Positions 34,112 through 42,849 of a stretch of DNA of 55,862 bases are shown here, piece by piece. The stretch spans positions 1-55,862 of IMG/VR virus record IMGVR_UViG_3300045988_011856; one strand, given 5' to 3'. Every line of letters starts with the position of its first letter. Position 1 is the first letter of the stretch. A program made the position numbers and the translations under genes. Source of the DNA: a virus. The notes beneath the pieces were generated by a model, which had not been told where the DNA came from, made no database searches, and saw only the letters and a list, made by a program, of their open reading frames with translations.

Positions 34112-36471
34112 TATACCGGATATGGTGCGGTGCCGGTCTTATTAAAGAACTCTTGCGCACTCTTTCTCGTGCTATCAAAGATAACTTTGCCATCAAGTAC
34201 AATCTGAATAGGCTGACCGCCGTTGCCGTTGCTTCTAATATATGAACGCAATACGCGTTCCGTAGCTTGCGCCACTCCATTTGCAACAGATGAAACAATC
34301 TGATCGTTATTCATAACCGCCGTATGACCGCCAAGGTTTCCAACAAGTTCCGGTCCCGCTTCTCTTGCGATAAACATTTGACCGAAATTTGGTGCTCCGC
34401 CTGCGGCATACTTCTTAATGCTATGCCATGAACCGCCGTAGAATACGCCACCATCGGCTTTCTTTTCGGCTTTTGTCCCAACATCAACGGATTTTCCGGT
34501 AAAAAACCTTGTTACGGAAGACCACAGATTGCTCAAAGCGTTTTTTGCAAAACTTAACCCGATAGTCACCGTTCTAGTTACACTATTCCATGAAGTCTTG
34601 AATTCGCTCCACAATTCACTAACCTTAGTTCCCCTCTTCATTAAGAAAGAAACCGTTTTCTTTTCTCCCCATGACTTCTTGAAGTCTCCCCACAATTCGC
34701 TTATCTTTGATGCGATCTTTAATAAGAATTGTGCCGTTCTAGTTTCTCCCCACGACTTCTTGAACTTATCCCACAGGTCTTTAGCCTTTGAGCCGATTTT
34801 CAGCAAGAATTGTGCGGTCTTTGTCTCTCCCCAAGACTTCTTGAATTTTTCCCATAAATCAGAAGCCTTAGGAGCAATTTTTGTCTTAAACTCCGCCGTT
34901 TTGTCCTTTACATTCTTCCATTCTTTTGTGAAATCTTTCCACAAATCAGAAGCTTTATTCTTGATCTTTGCTACGATTTCAAGTGCATTGTCTTTTTTCT
35001 TCTTCCAATACTTCTTAACTCCGTCCCACCAATCAGAAATACTTTGAAACGTTTCTCTATAAGATGGTAATTCAACTCCTGCGAATGGAATATAAACATG
35101 GCTATCGCCATTTTTTACATCTTTCCACCACTCAGAAAAAGCTGGTCCCCATGTGTCGTTCCACCAATCGGAAAAGCCTTGCTTCCAATCATCTAAGGAA
35201 TATGAAAATAAATCGCTGAATTTAAAGTCAACGCGGTACTTTTTCATTTCTTCCGGTTGCGTAGCATCGGCTATCTTATTTCCAATTGCTTTTCCAAGTG
35301 ACAATCCTGCCTCTGCCGTAATAACAATCGCTCCTACAGTCAACGCAAGCTTTCCGATTTTTCCAGAAATAGTTCCAAGCCCTTTTAGCTTTTTTGACAG
35401 TGCATCGGATAGCACACTTCCAATCGTTGAATTTGCTGCGATTTCAACACCTAATTTAGATGCTATCGCCGAAGCAATCTTTTTAGAAATAGCAGTTCCA
35501 ATTGCGCCAAGAGCTGCTTTTGCTAAATGCAGTCCTAAAATTTTCTTAATAGTCAGTGCACCGACAATAATTGCAACCGTCTTTATATCTAAGTTACTTA
35601 AAAACTCCTTTGCTCCGTTCCAAACATCCTTCCAAGAAATTTTACTTAACGCTGTCGTAACTGCATCAAATGCGCCTTGCGCCCATGTATTAAGTGTTTG
35701 AGCAAACAGAGCGAAATCAAAGTTCTTGAAAAACTTATTGACTCCATCAGCAATAGAATTTCCAAATTGTTTCCAATCAAACGTTGTGCCGAATGAATCC
35801 AATCCGTGAAGCACTGTGTTTAATGAATTAGCTATTAACTTTCCGGTCTCTCCGAATAATGTTGTGCCTTTCTGACCTTCAAACAATCCATTAAGAAACT
35901 TTGCAAGTCCGCTACCAAAGCCGGAAGCTTTGGCGTACACCTTATCCCACTTGATTTCTTTCATTGCGTTTATCAACGCACCGGATATTGACTTTCCAAG
36001 CCCTTCAAGGTCTTTGATCTTGCTTTTATAATCCTTAAAAATAGTGTCAGCCGCTACGAGTTTTCCGCTTGAACCGCTTGCACCACCGCCTCCGGATGAA
36101 CCACTACCGCTACCGGACGAACCTTTATCTTTATTTGAACTGATTACTTTTAATTCATCAAATGCTCTGGTTGATTTCTTTGCTTCTTTTGCGGCTTTCT
36201 TTGTACCGTTTGCCGCGTTATTTGCCTCGTCCGCTACATTTCCATAGCTATCAGCTAAATCGTCCGTAATGCCTACGTCACTTGCTTCATACTTCCATCC
36301 GAATATTGAGCCGAGCGCGTCTGTTACCATCGTTGCAAACTGAATTACCTTTTGTAGAACCGCATTTAAAGTCTTTACAAGCGGTTTGAAAGCATTGATC
36401 AGAGCCCCACCAACAATGCCGGATAACTGTTGGAATGATTGCTTGAGGATTGTTACTTGGTTATGCCATGT
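34111..36471 (-). CDS. tail tape measure protein, exon 3
   Basis: Begins TWHNQVTILKQSFQQLSGIVGG, the ANQxRxL segment of TP901-type tape measure proteins. The frame opens immediately after a TAA. Confidence 0.85.
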   Translation of the reverse strand, partial: TWHNQVTILKQSFQQLSGIVGGALINAFKPLVKTLNAVLQKVIQFATMVTDALGSIFGWKYEASDVGITDDLADSYGNVADEANNAANGTKKAAKEAKKSTRAFDELKVISSNKDKGSSGSGSGSSGGGGASGSSGKLVAADTIFKDYKSKIKDLEGLGKSISGALINAMKEIKWDKVYAKASGFGSGLAKFLNGLFEGQKGTTLFGETGKLIANSLNTVLHGLDSFGTTFDWKQFGNSIADGVNKFFKNFDFALFAQTLNTWAQGAFDAVTTALSKISWKDVWNGAKEFLSNLDIKTVAIIVGALTIKKILGLHLAKAALGAIGTAISKKIASAIASKLGVEIAANSTIGSVLSDALSKKLKGLGTISGKIGKLALTVGAIVITAEAGLSLGKAIGNKIADATQPEEMKKYRVDFKFSDLFSYSLDDWKQGFSDWWNDTWGPAFSEWWKDVKNGDSHVYIPFAGVELPSYRETFQSISDWWDGVKKYWKKKKDNALEIVAKIKNKASDLWKDFTKEWKNVKDKTAEFKTKIAPKASDLWEKFKKSWGETKTAQFLLKIGSKAKDLWDKFKKSWGETRTAQFLLKIASKISELWGDFKKSWGEKKTVSFLMKRGTKVSELWSEFKTSWNSVTRTVTIGLSFAKNALSNLWSSVTRFFTGKSVDVGTKAEKKADGGVFYGGSWHSIKKYAAGGAPNFGQMFIAREAGPELVGNLGGHTAVMNNDQIVSSVANGVAQATERVLRSYIRSNGNGGQPIQIVLDGKVIFDSTRKSAQEFFNKTGTAPYPV

Positions 36472-36782
36472 CAATTATGTTATCGTAAAGGCTTTTTATC
36501 CTCTACTTCTTATGGTTTCCCATAAGTTCGGCGTACATTTTCAACCACAGTGTTGTGGTTGTCGGATACTCTTGGGGATGTTATATTCTATACTCTTTCC
36601 ATAAGAAAAGAGCATAGGTTCAATCCCTACGCTCTACAATGTGCTATAACTTTTATTTTATAGCCTTATCTCGGTATTAGCTTATTGACTTACCAAAAAT
36701 CAACTTAGCTTTCACCGATTTTACCCGATTTTTCATCGACATATTACTATGCCGCGCGACACATGAAACAAAAGTTTCGTTT
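36472..36782 (-). ncRNA. Group I-like intron 2 in the tape measure gene (311 nt, no ORF)
   Basis: Follows exon U (GAU) and ends in G. Guide sequence CAUGU-GUCG pairs with the exon 3 start ACAUG and the exon 2 end CGAU. Several 7-bp hairpins, one with a GAAA loop. Confidence 0.75.
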
Positions 36783-36955
36783 ATCGGCTGTTCTGGCAAA
36801 GTCCCCCTGTGCCGCAGCCGTGTTAGCCATAACATATTGGTATCTAAGCATGGCTTTTTCGGCTTGCGTCATTGTCTTAAAATTAGCTTCTATGCCTTGC
36901 GTAAGTGCCCATTCCTTAAGTGTTGCTTGGGTTAAATCTAAACCGTAAGTCCTTA
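36783..36955 (-). CDS. tail tape measure protein, exon 2 (173 nt)
   Basis: Encodes (L)RTYGLDLTQATLKEWALTQGIEANFKTMTQAEKAMLRYQYVMANTAAAQGDFARTAD, the missing conserved core between exons 1 and 3. Confidence 0.8.
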
Positions 36956-37228
36956 CATTTATACCCTCGGTTTCCCGATATTTATTAGGGGATTAGACTA
37001 TCTCACAACCTCGTAAAAGGTCTCCGATACTTCGAGTGGTGCTAATCTCCACCCTACGGCTTTCGCCTAGTCGTTACACCTTCCTATTCTCATAGGCTCG
37101 GCTCGGTATTGCCCTCGTCTTTACGTTAGGGTTTTTACCGATAGCAAGAGAATCATTCTCTCACACCGCTTTTGCTTGCGTTCTTCGGATTATTCGTAAT
37201 GCATTTCTGCATTAAGCCGCTAATGTCA
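36956..37228 (-). ncRNA. Group I-like intron 1 in the tape measure gene (273 nt, no ORF)
   Basis: 5' splice site after U with P1 CCGU/GCGG. Terminal G. P2 TAATGCA-GAAA-TGCATTA. Four GAAA tetraloops. P7-like GACTA/TAGTC inside R/S-like elements. Confidence 0.75.
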
Positions 37229-38222
37229 ACGGTCTGGTCTGTCCGGTAAAGATTGATTCCAAGTCCTCCGCTACGTCTGATTGTGCCACATCATAGAATG
37301 ATGCCATGTCTGCGGTCAGCTTCGTGAGTTGTACAGACATATCTGCCATCTTGCCTTGCGGAAATCCCATAGCAACGCCCATTGCTTGAAATCGGCTTGC
37401 AAACTGTTTTACAGATAACTCGGACATACCGAATTTCTGAATTGAATCCGCGGCAAATTCATTTACAAGCGATTCATACTTTCCAAAGGTTGTACGAACT
37501 ACGTTCTCAACCTCTGTCAGACTTGAAGATATGTCGATTGCATCCCTTATTTTTCCAAATCCTCGGAACAATAGGAAATATGATGCATACACTTTTCCTA
37601 TTGCTGACGCAAGAGAAAATGACTTCTTGGTTGCACTAGAAGCGCCGGAAGTAAAACCACTAAACGAACTTGTGATGCTTCTAGCCGCAGTTCCTGCCGC
37701 TCCTCCTGTTCTTGCTAGCTTCGCAAGTGCATTTGTCATGTTGATAAGATTTTGACTTACCATAGGTGCTTTTGACAATTCTGCCATAAGCTGACGCATC
37801 GCAACCGCAAGTTTTGGTATGTTCTCGATAGCCTTTGTTGAGCTTGTATAACCAAGCTGTTTGATTCCTCCAGCTAATTCCGACAAGCCTTGCACCGATT
37901 TTGACATGTCAGAAAATGAGCTTACAGACTTTGAAATCTGTCGCATTGATCCGGCTGCTGCATTTATCTTTCCTGTGTCAATGTTGCTAAGCGTTTTAAT
38001 GTTTCTTGCAAGAGTCGAGAATGACCTTGAATCAACACTCCGCATGGCACTCATTGAGTTTGACAATCGGTTTACTCCGGTTGATAACCGGTTAATTCCG
38101 CTAGAATCTATGCTTTGCAAGGATGATGATAATTTTCCAAGCCTTGTTATCAGCGCATCAATCTGTCCGTTAGCTTGCCTTGCCTGTGCTTGAATTTTGA
38201 CCTCTAAGGTTTCTAATTCCAA
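37229..38222 (-). CDS. tail tape measure protein, exon 1 (TTG start)
   Basis: GGAGGTG RBS. Ends ...DVAEDLESIFTGQTRP(L). If left unspliced it runs into TAA 4 codons later. Confidence 0.85.
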
Positions 38223-38248
38223 CAGTCACACCTCCTTTATTTAGTTTT

Positions 38249-38282
38249 AGAAAAGGGCGGTAGGATTTGACCCCTACCGCCC
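38249..38282 (-). terminator. Strong intrinsic terminator immediately upstream of the tape measure RBS
   Basis: On the minus strand: GGGCGGTAGG-8 nt-CCTACCGCCC followed by TTTTCT. Confidence 0.75.
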
Positions 38283-38287
38283 TTGAA

Positions 38288-38977
38288 TTACTTTTTCAGT
38301 TTTCCCTTTTTCAGAAGAGAAAGCATCTTTGAATTTTCCTCTGACGTAAACTTAAAATTGGAAAATCCGTTCTTTTTTGCGATTTCCGCACGATGTTCTT
38401 TCGACGCATCATCTTCCCCAACCGCTTTTAATGCTTCTACGATTGAGTTTGAGTTTCCCTTATACTTCGGATAATACTTTTCTTTGCTTTTCTTTGCTCC
38501 GCTTACAACAATCACTGTATGACCTTTTGTGCGCGTCACAAGAATATCTCCGTTGCGAAGAATAAACCCGGCATGATAAGAACCCATATCATCAAACAGA
38601 CCGGATTTCAGAATTACCGGTCGTTCATTAGATGTATTAAAATCTCCCACATCCTTACCGGATGCATAGATAATACAGGCACGTACAAGAGAAGAACAAT
38701 CGCATTCCGTCTTGACTTTTGTGTTAATGCCATGTTTAATAACTCCGTAGCGTTCCGATTGGTCATAGCCGATATTTTTGTTGTCACACGCAATCTTCAT
38801 AGCTTCAGCTAACTTCTCCGCAACCTTATTATCCTTTGCTCTTAACACATTCCATCCCTTAGAATGGTTATAAAACTTCTGCGTAGACACTTCTTGTCCG
38901 GTCTGATCTCCAGCTTTTCCACCAGAATAGCAATTTCCGTGTTCATCATGCCGCGCACTTCCGATAATTACTGCCAT
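38288..38977 (-). CDS. NlpC/P60-type peptidoglycan hydrolase (candidate endolysin or tail lysin)
   Basis: Catalytic-looking Cys (ECDCSSLV) and His (KGHTVIVV). C-terminal repeat-like binding tail (NGFSNFKFTSEENSKMLSLLKKGKL). Confidence 0.6.
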   Translation of the reverse strand: MAVIIGSARHDEHGNCYSGGKAGDQTGQEVSTQKFYNHSKGWNVLRAKDNKVAEKLAEAMKIACDNKNIGYDQSERYGVIKHGINTKVKTECDCSSLVRACIIYASGKDVGDFNTSNERPVILKSGLFDDMGSYHAGFILRNGDILVTRTKGHTVIVVSGAKKSKEKYYPKYKGNSNSIVEALKAVGEDDASKEHRAEIAKKNGFSNFKFTSEENSKMLSLLKKGKLKK

Positions 38978-38993
38978 AGCAATACCTCTTTTC

Positions 38994-39332
38994 TTAAACT
39001 ATCTTTGGCTTTGGTAAATGTGATTCCCTTGATTTAGCCGCCCATGCTTCTTCCGCTTTAAGCATTTCTCGTATATCTGCATCGGGATCGTCCGTATTAT
39101 GCTTTTCGATAGAATCATAGCAAGTTTCTTTCACGTACTTGCTATTACCCTTGCCGAATGTCGCGTCTATTGCGGTCACAAGTGCTGACGTTGCATATCT
39201 GCCGAACCACATATACATTTCCATGTCGCGTTGCTTCCATTCTGCCTTATATGCATCTACATAAGGCTTAAGCAACTCTGGATTCATCATATCTATATCA
39301 TCAACGGAAAATCCGTAGCCTTTCGTTACCAT
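38994..39332 (-). CDS. tail assembly chaperone, T-like part (probably made as a G-T fusion by -1 frameshift)
   Basis: In the -1 frame relative to 39374..39799. This frame stays open upstream through the heptamer GAAAAAG (39404-39410). Confidence 0.6.
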   Translation of the reverse strand: MVTKGYGFSVDDIDMMNPELLKPYVDAYKAEWKQRDMEMYMWFGRYATSALVTAIDATFGKGNSKYVKETCYDSIEKHNTDDPDADIREMLKAEEAWAAKSRESHLPKPKIV

Positions 39333-39373
39333 AAGGTAAAACGGACGGATTTCCGCAACGTAATATTCCCATG

Positions 39374-39799
39374 TTAATTCTTGGTCTTTGCCTTGGATGG
39401 GGTCTTTTTCTTCTCCTTCTCCTGCTCCTGTGCTTTCGCTATCGACTCCATCATCTGCGCTAAAAAACCGTTTGTCATCATTTCCTCCTGCATATCAGCA
39501 AATAAATCCATGCAGTTAATCTCGTTTGTATCAATCGCATCATAGAGAATGCTTGTTACCTTCTCAAACTGCTCATCGTAGCCATCGTTTGTGTTGTAAT
39601 CATATCCAAACTCATCATTGTGATGCATCTGCAATCCAACAAGAAGCGTCTTAGGAAGTGTTTCAAGAAGAATATCTTCCATAGAAGAAATATCCTCCAT
39701 GTCCTGTGTCTTCATAATATCCTGTAAGATATGTGCTTTTAATGATGGTCTTGTTGCGAACTGAATTGTATATTCTTTTCCACCTAATTTAACTTTCAT
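39374..39799 (-). CDS. tail assembly chaperone (G-like)
   Basis: Lies between the major tail and tape measure genes. Acidic protein with a Lys-rich end. Confidence 0.65.
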   Translation of the reverse strand: MKVKLGGKEYTIQFATRPSLKAHILQDIMKTQDMEDISSMEDILLETLPKTLLVGLQMHHNDEFGYDYNTNDGYDEQFEKVTSILYDAIDTNEINCMDLFADMQEEMMTNGFLAQMMESIAKAQEQEKEKKKTPSKAKTKN

Positions 39800-39942
39800 G
39801 TTTTACCTTGCCTTTCTGCCCTATATTGGCAAGGGGCAGTGTTGCCACCGCCCCATTGTTGCTTATCTTATTGCTTCAAGTTCTGCTATCGACCGTTCAT
39901 CCTCGCCTACCGGTGCGGTCGATTGCTCGTCCGATAGGCTTT

Positions 39943-40428
39943 TTACCCCACCACTGTTACGGTGAATGTTCCATCGTTGTTATCAACGACAGTCAGCTTA
40001 TCTGTAACAAGCTCTGATGCTGTACTTGGAATAACTGTTACCGTCATTTCAAGGATTTCATCGTTTCCACCTACATCGTTAGGTGTGGCTGTTGCAGTTC
40101 CTACATATGCGTATTTCGCTACACCGCCGATACCGTCCGTTCCGTACAGATGGATAATATCAAGTTTTTTATCTCCATATCCATCCACCTTTGAAAGATA
40201 TTCTTTTTCAAGGTTTCCTGTGATTTCTCTTGAATCAGAAGTCTTAATTCCTTTTTCAAAAGTCTGCTGGTCATCTTCCATTGTGGTTGACTCAACCGTG
40301 TTTGGCGGTGATGCAGGGCTTGGAACTGACTTAGCCGCGACCAAAAGATTGTATATTCCTGCAAAATCGGCCTGTTTTTCCGTGTGCTCTTTTACAATGA
40401 CACGTGTTCTATAACTTGTTGATGCCAT
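39943..40428 (-). CDS. major tail protein
   Basis: Position, size and composition. Followed by a structured 140-nt spacer. Confidence 0.65.
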   Translation of the reverse strand: MASTSYRTRVIVKEHTEKQADFAGIYNLLVAAKSVPSPASPPNTVESTTMEDDQQTFEKGIKTSDSREITGNLEKEYLSKVDGYGDKKLDIIHLYGTDGIGGVAKYAYVGTATATPNDVGGNDEILEMTVTVIPSTASELVTDKLTVVDNNDGTFTVTVVG

Positions 40429-40448
40429 ATTTTCTACTTCCTTTCTGC

Positions 40449-40877
40449 TTATAGCTGATCTAAATGCTCAACGTTTCCAATTACGCGAGTTGCGCGGAAT
40501 GTAACCGTTCGCACTTGCTTGGAAATTGTTGAGACTGTATCTGATACTTCAAACATTTGTTGTTTAAAAAAAGACACCGCATATGCTGCGATGTCCTTAG
40601 TTGCTTTTCTTGAACCTTTGTTTGTAATTGTGATCTGAAATGTTGGGCGAATTGCGTTGATTGTCTTTGCTTCATTAGTTCGTCCGGCTTCTTTGCCACC
40701 GATTTGTCTGACTAAAAGCGTCGGGAATGTTGCAGTGCCGCCCGATTCTTCATCTTGCACCACATTAATTCCTCTTACCTTGCTTTCCATGTACGATTTC
40801 AAAAGGGAACATAAGGTATCTTCAAAATCAAGTGCCCAACTATTTAACTCATTTTCCACCGAATACCTCCCTTGCAA
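40449..40877 (-). CDS. tail completion / terminator-like protein
   Basis: Positional call only. Confidence 0.5.
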   Translation of the reverse strand: MQGRYSVENELNSWALDFEDTLCSLLKSYMESKVRGINVVQDEESGGTATFPTLLVRQIGGKEAGRTNEAKTINAIRPTFQITITNKGSRKATKDIAAYAVSFFKQQMFEVSDTVSTISKQVRTVTFRATRVIGNVEHLDQL

Positions 40878-41391
40878 TCTTTACATACTGTTGAATAATC
40901 TGTTGTTCCGCATTGTACATAGGCATTGTGGCTTTGATACCGTGGGTATAACGCCATGTTTCGGTCTTATCATCCCAATAGTACCAACCATCTTCAAAAG
41001 CGTGTATTTGCCCAGGATAAGTGCCGACACCGAATCCAAGTTCCGGTGCTTTGGGGTTTTCTTTGGAGTTATAAAAAATACCGGCTCCAAACTCTACCGC
41101 CAACAAAGTATAGAACGGTTCCCTATCTTCTGACATTACCGTTTTTCCGGTTGCAATCAGAATCGCGTTCGAGGTCATTAACTGTGGTGCTTTATCTACC
41201 CTTACCGTTATCGTGTTTCCTATTGGAGATTTCGATATTTGTTTTATTGCCACCGTCTGACCTTCCTGTGCAAGCCTAGAAACAAGCAAATCGCACTTAG
41301 CCTGTAAACTATCGCGGTACTGTTCTAATTTCTTTATAGCGTCTTGTATGGACTTAGTGGATAGTGTCATTGAAATAGGTTTCTTTTTCAT
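40849..41391 (-). CDS. HK97 gp10-like head-tail joining protein
   Basis: Positional call, with a weak motif impression. Confidence 0.5.
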   Translation of the reverse strand: MKKKPISMTLSTKSIQDAIKKLEQYRDSLQAKCDLLVSRLAQEGQTVAIKQISKSPIGNTITVRVDKAPQLMTSNAILIATGKTVMSEDREPFYTLLAVEFGAGIFYNSKENPKAPELGFGVGTYPGQIHAFEDGWYYWDDKTETWRYTHGIKATMPMYNAEQQIIQQYVKIAREVFGGK

Positions 41392-41399
41392 GCAATCAC

Positions 41400-41858
41400 C
41401 TACTTAATATTCTTCCGAAGAAGAAACAAATCCGTTGTCAGTCGTTCATCAGCAACGCCTTTTACGATGTAATCTGCGGTTTCTGAATCCACTAATCCAT
41501 CATCAGTGCGCTTGACTTCCGAACGTTTCCACACCACATCACCGGCTTTCAGTGGCAAATATCCTTTATCCGTGACAAGCTGACAGTATGATGTACTATC
41601 ATCAATTCCAAATTCTTTCACAAGGGCTTCCGACAGCTTATTGCTGATATTGGCTTGGAATGTCGTAGGTTCTGAAAACCCTTCAACTTCCTCGCCTTTT
41701 GGAATCTTGTTGCCTTCGGAATCTAAATAAGGTACAAAGTTTCCATCGGAATCCTTGTACCCTTCATAGACAATATCTCCATTTTCGTCAGTTTGTGGGA
41801 TGAATACCCTCTGACCGGATTGCGAATACTTCATTTCCTGCTTGTTAATGTCAAGCAT
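41400..41858 (-). CDS. head closure / head-tail adaptor-like protein
   Basis: Trimmed to MLDINKQEMKY. The ATG overlaps the end of the holin gene. Confidence 0.5.
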   Translation of the reverse strand: MLDINKQEMKYSQSGQRVFIPQTDENGDIVYEGYKDSDGNFVPYLDSEGNKIPKGEEVEGFSEPTTFQANISNKLSEALVKEFGIDDSTSYCQLVTDKGYLPLKAGDVVWKRSEVKRTDDGLVDSETADYIVKGVADERLTTDLFLLRKNIK

Positions 41859-42054
41859 TGGTGTTTTCCTCCGGGATTCCGGCAACACTTGTCAGAAGTG
41901 ATAACACTCCGGCAAGGACTGATGCAGAAAGAACATATTTCCAATCCACCGCGCCCATAAATGCCGCCGTTCCAATTCCGGCAACCGCCGCCTGTGCAAC
42001 AGTCTTGATTGCTCGGATTCCGGCTTTCTTAGTCCAATCCTTCCAATTCCTCAT
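41851..42054 (-). CDS. holin (phi LC3 / LL-H-like)
   Basis: 67 aa: WTKKAGIRAIKTVAQAAVAGIG...VLAGVLSLLTSVAG. Two TM segments and a charged tail. Confidence 0.65.
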   Translation of the reverse strand: MRNWKDWTKKAGIRAIKTVAQAAVAGIGTAAFMGAVDWKYVLSASVLAGVLSLLTSVAGIPEENTNA

Positions 42055-42358
42055 GGCTCTTATCTCCTTTCCCTATATGAATCTCTTCAATCTCATGTTT
42101 CATTTTCGTAACCATTCCATTTCCACCTAGCGCATGGTACGCATCATACATCTCACAGAAATTTTGGTAGGCATATGACGGTATCTCTCCGATTCTAGTG
42201 TACTTTGCATGGTATTCAATAAGCTGGACGCGCAAAAGGAGCATTGTTCCTTTGCTGTTCGCATCCCTGCTTTTCTTTTGTTGCTTAAGAAGCCAAACTA
42301 TATACCCAAGCACTATCGGAAGTGCCACAAGATAAGTTTGAATCAAAATACTTTTCAT
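42029..42358 (-). CDS. N-terminally anchored membrane protein (holin-associated?)
   Basis: Trimmed to MKSILIQTYLVALPIVLGYIVWLL after AAGGAG. Confidence 0.55.
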   Translation of the reverse strand: MKSILIQTYLVALPIVLGYIVWLLKQQKKSRDANSKGTMLLLRVQLIEYHAKYTRIGEIPSYAYQNFCEMYDAYHALGGNGMVTKMKHEIEEIHIGKGDKSHEELEGLD

Positions 42359-42458
42359 TTGAATCTCCTTTTGACGCACTGCCCACCACCGCTTAATGTG
42401 CGCCGCCTGCAACCATAATGGTCACGCTCAATCTTCTTTAATGCCCTATAGGCGATAT

Positions 42459-42839
42459 TTACATAGCTTTAACAAACGGAAATACACCAGCAAAAAGGCT
42501 TTCACGGTCTTTCCATGTCCTGCTCACGCCGTTTTCGGAGAAACTTGCCATGTATGCTTCTCCTGCCTGTGACCGGTCGTACACTGCCAAATTGACCATA
42601 ATGTTTTCATAGTTCTTAACATCACTGTCAATCTGGTCTTGCGTGTATGTGTCCGGATAGTTCCGTCTGCTGATAATCTCTTTTCTTGCCTGCTCTAAAA
42701 GCTGTTCAATCAAAGGGTTACATTCTTTTTCATCAAACACAACTTTATCGGACTTTTCTCCGGTCGTTTCGTCCTCTACCTCTTCTATATGAAATTGTTT
42801 TAAACGAATTTTTACTTGTTCGACAAGCGTGTATGACAT
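42459..42839 (-). CDS. gp6-like head-tail connector protein
   Basis: MSYTLVEQVKIRLKQ...LIEQLLEQARKEI pattern. Confidence 0.65.
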   Translation of the reverse strand: MSYTLVEQVKIRLKQFHIEEVEDETTGEKSDKVVFDEKECNPLIEQLLEQARKEIISRRNYPDTYTQDQIDSDVKNYENIMVNLAVYDRSQAGEAYMASFSENGVSRTWKDRESLFAGVFPFVKAM

Positions 42840-42849
42840 AAGCGATCTC

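Noticed and set aside
34047-34298. N-terminal 84 aa of ORF 33345..34298, which overlaps the tape measure 3' end.
   Set aside because: This part has no RBS and overlaps tape measure coding sequence. A strong AAGGAGG precedes the internal Met at 34046, where the TM-rich protein begins.
36763-36948. Plus-strand ORF (61 aa) in the gap between the two large tape measure ORFs.
   Set aside because: It is the antisense of tape measure exon 2. The minus-strand frame encodes the conserved tape measure core that is missing between the flanking ORFs.
36472-37228. Alternative explanations for the split tape measure gene: an intein, a pseudogene, or three separate genes.
   Set aside because: The intervening segments contain stops, so an intein is excluded. 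The three coding pieces join in frame at sites obeying the group I U/G rules with matching guide sequences. Exon 2 has no start codon or RBS of its own.
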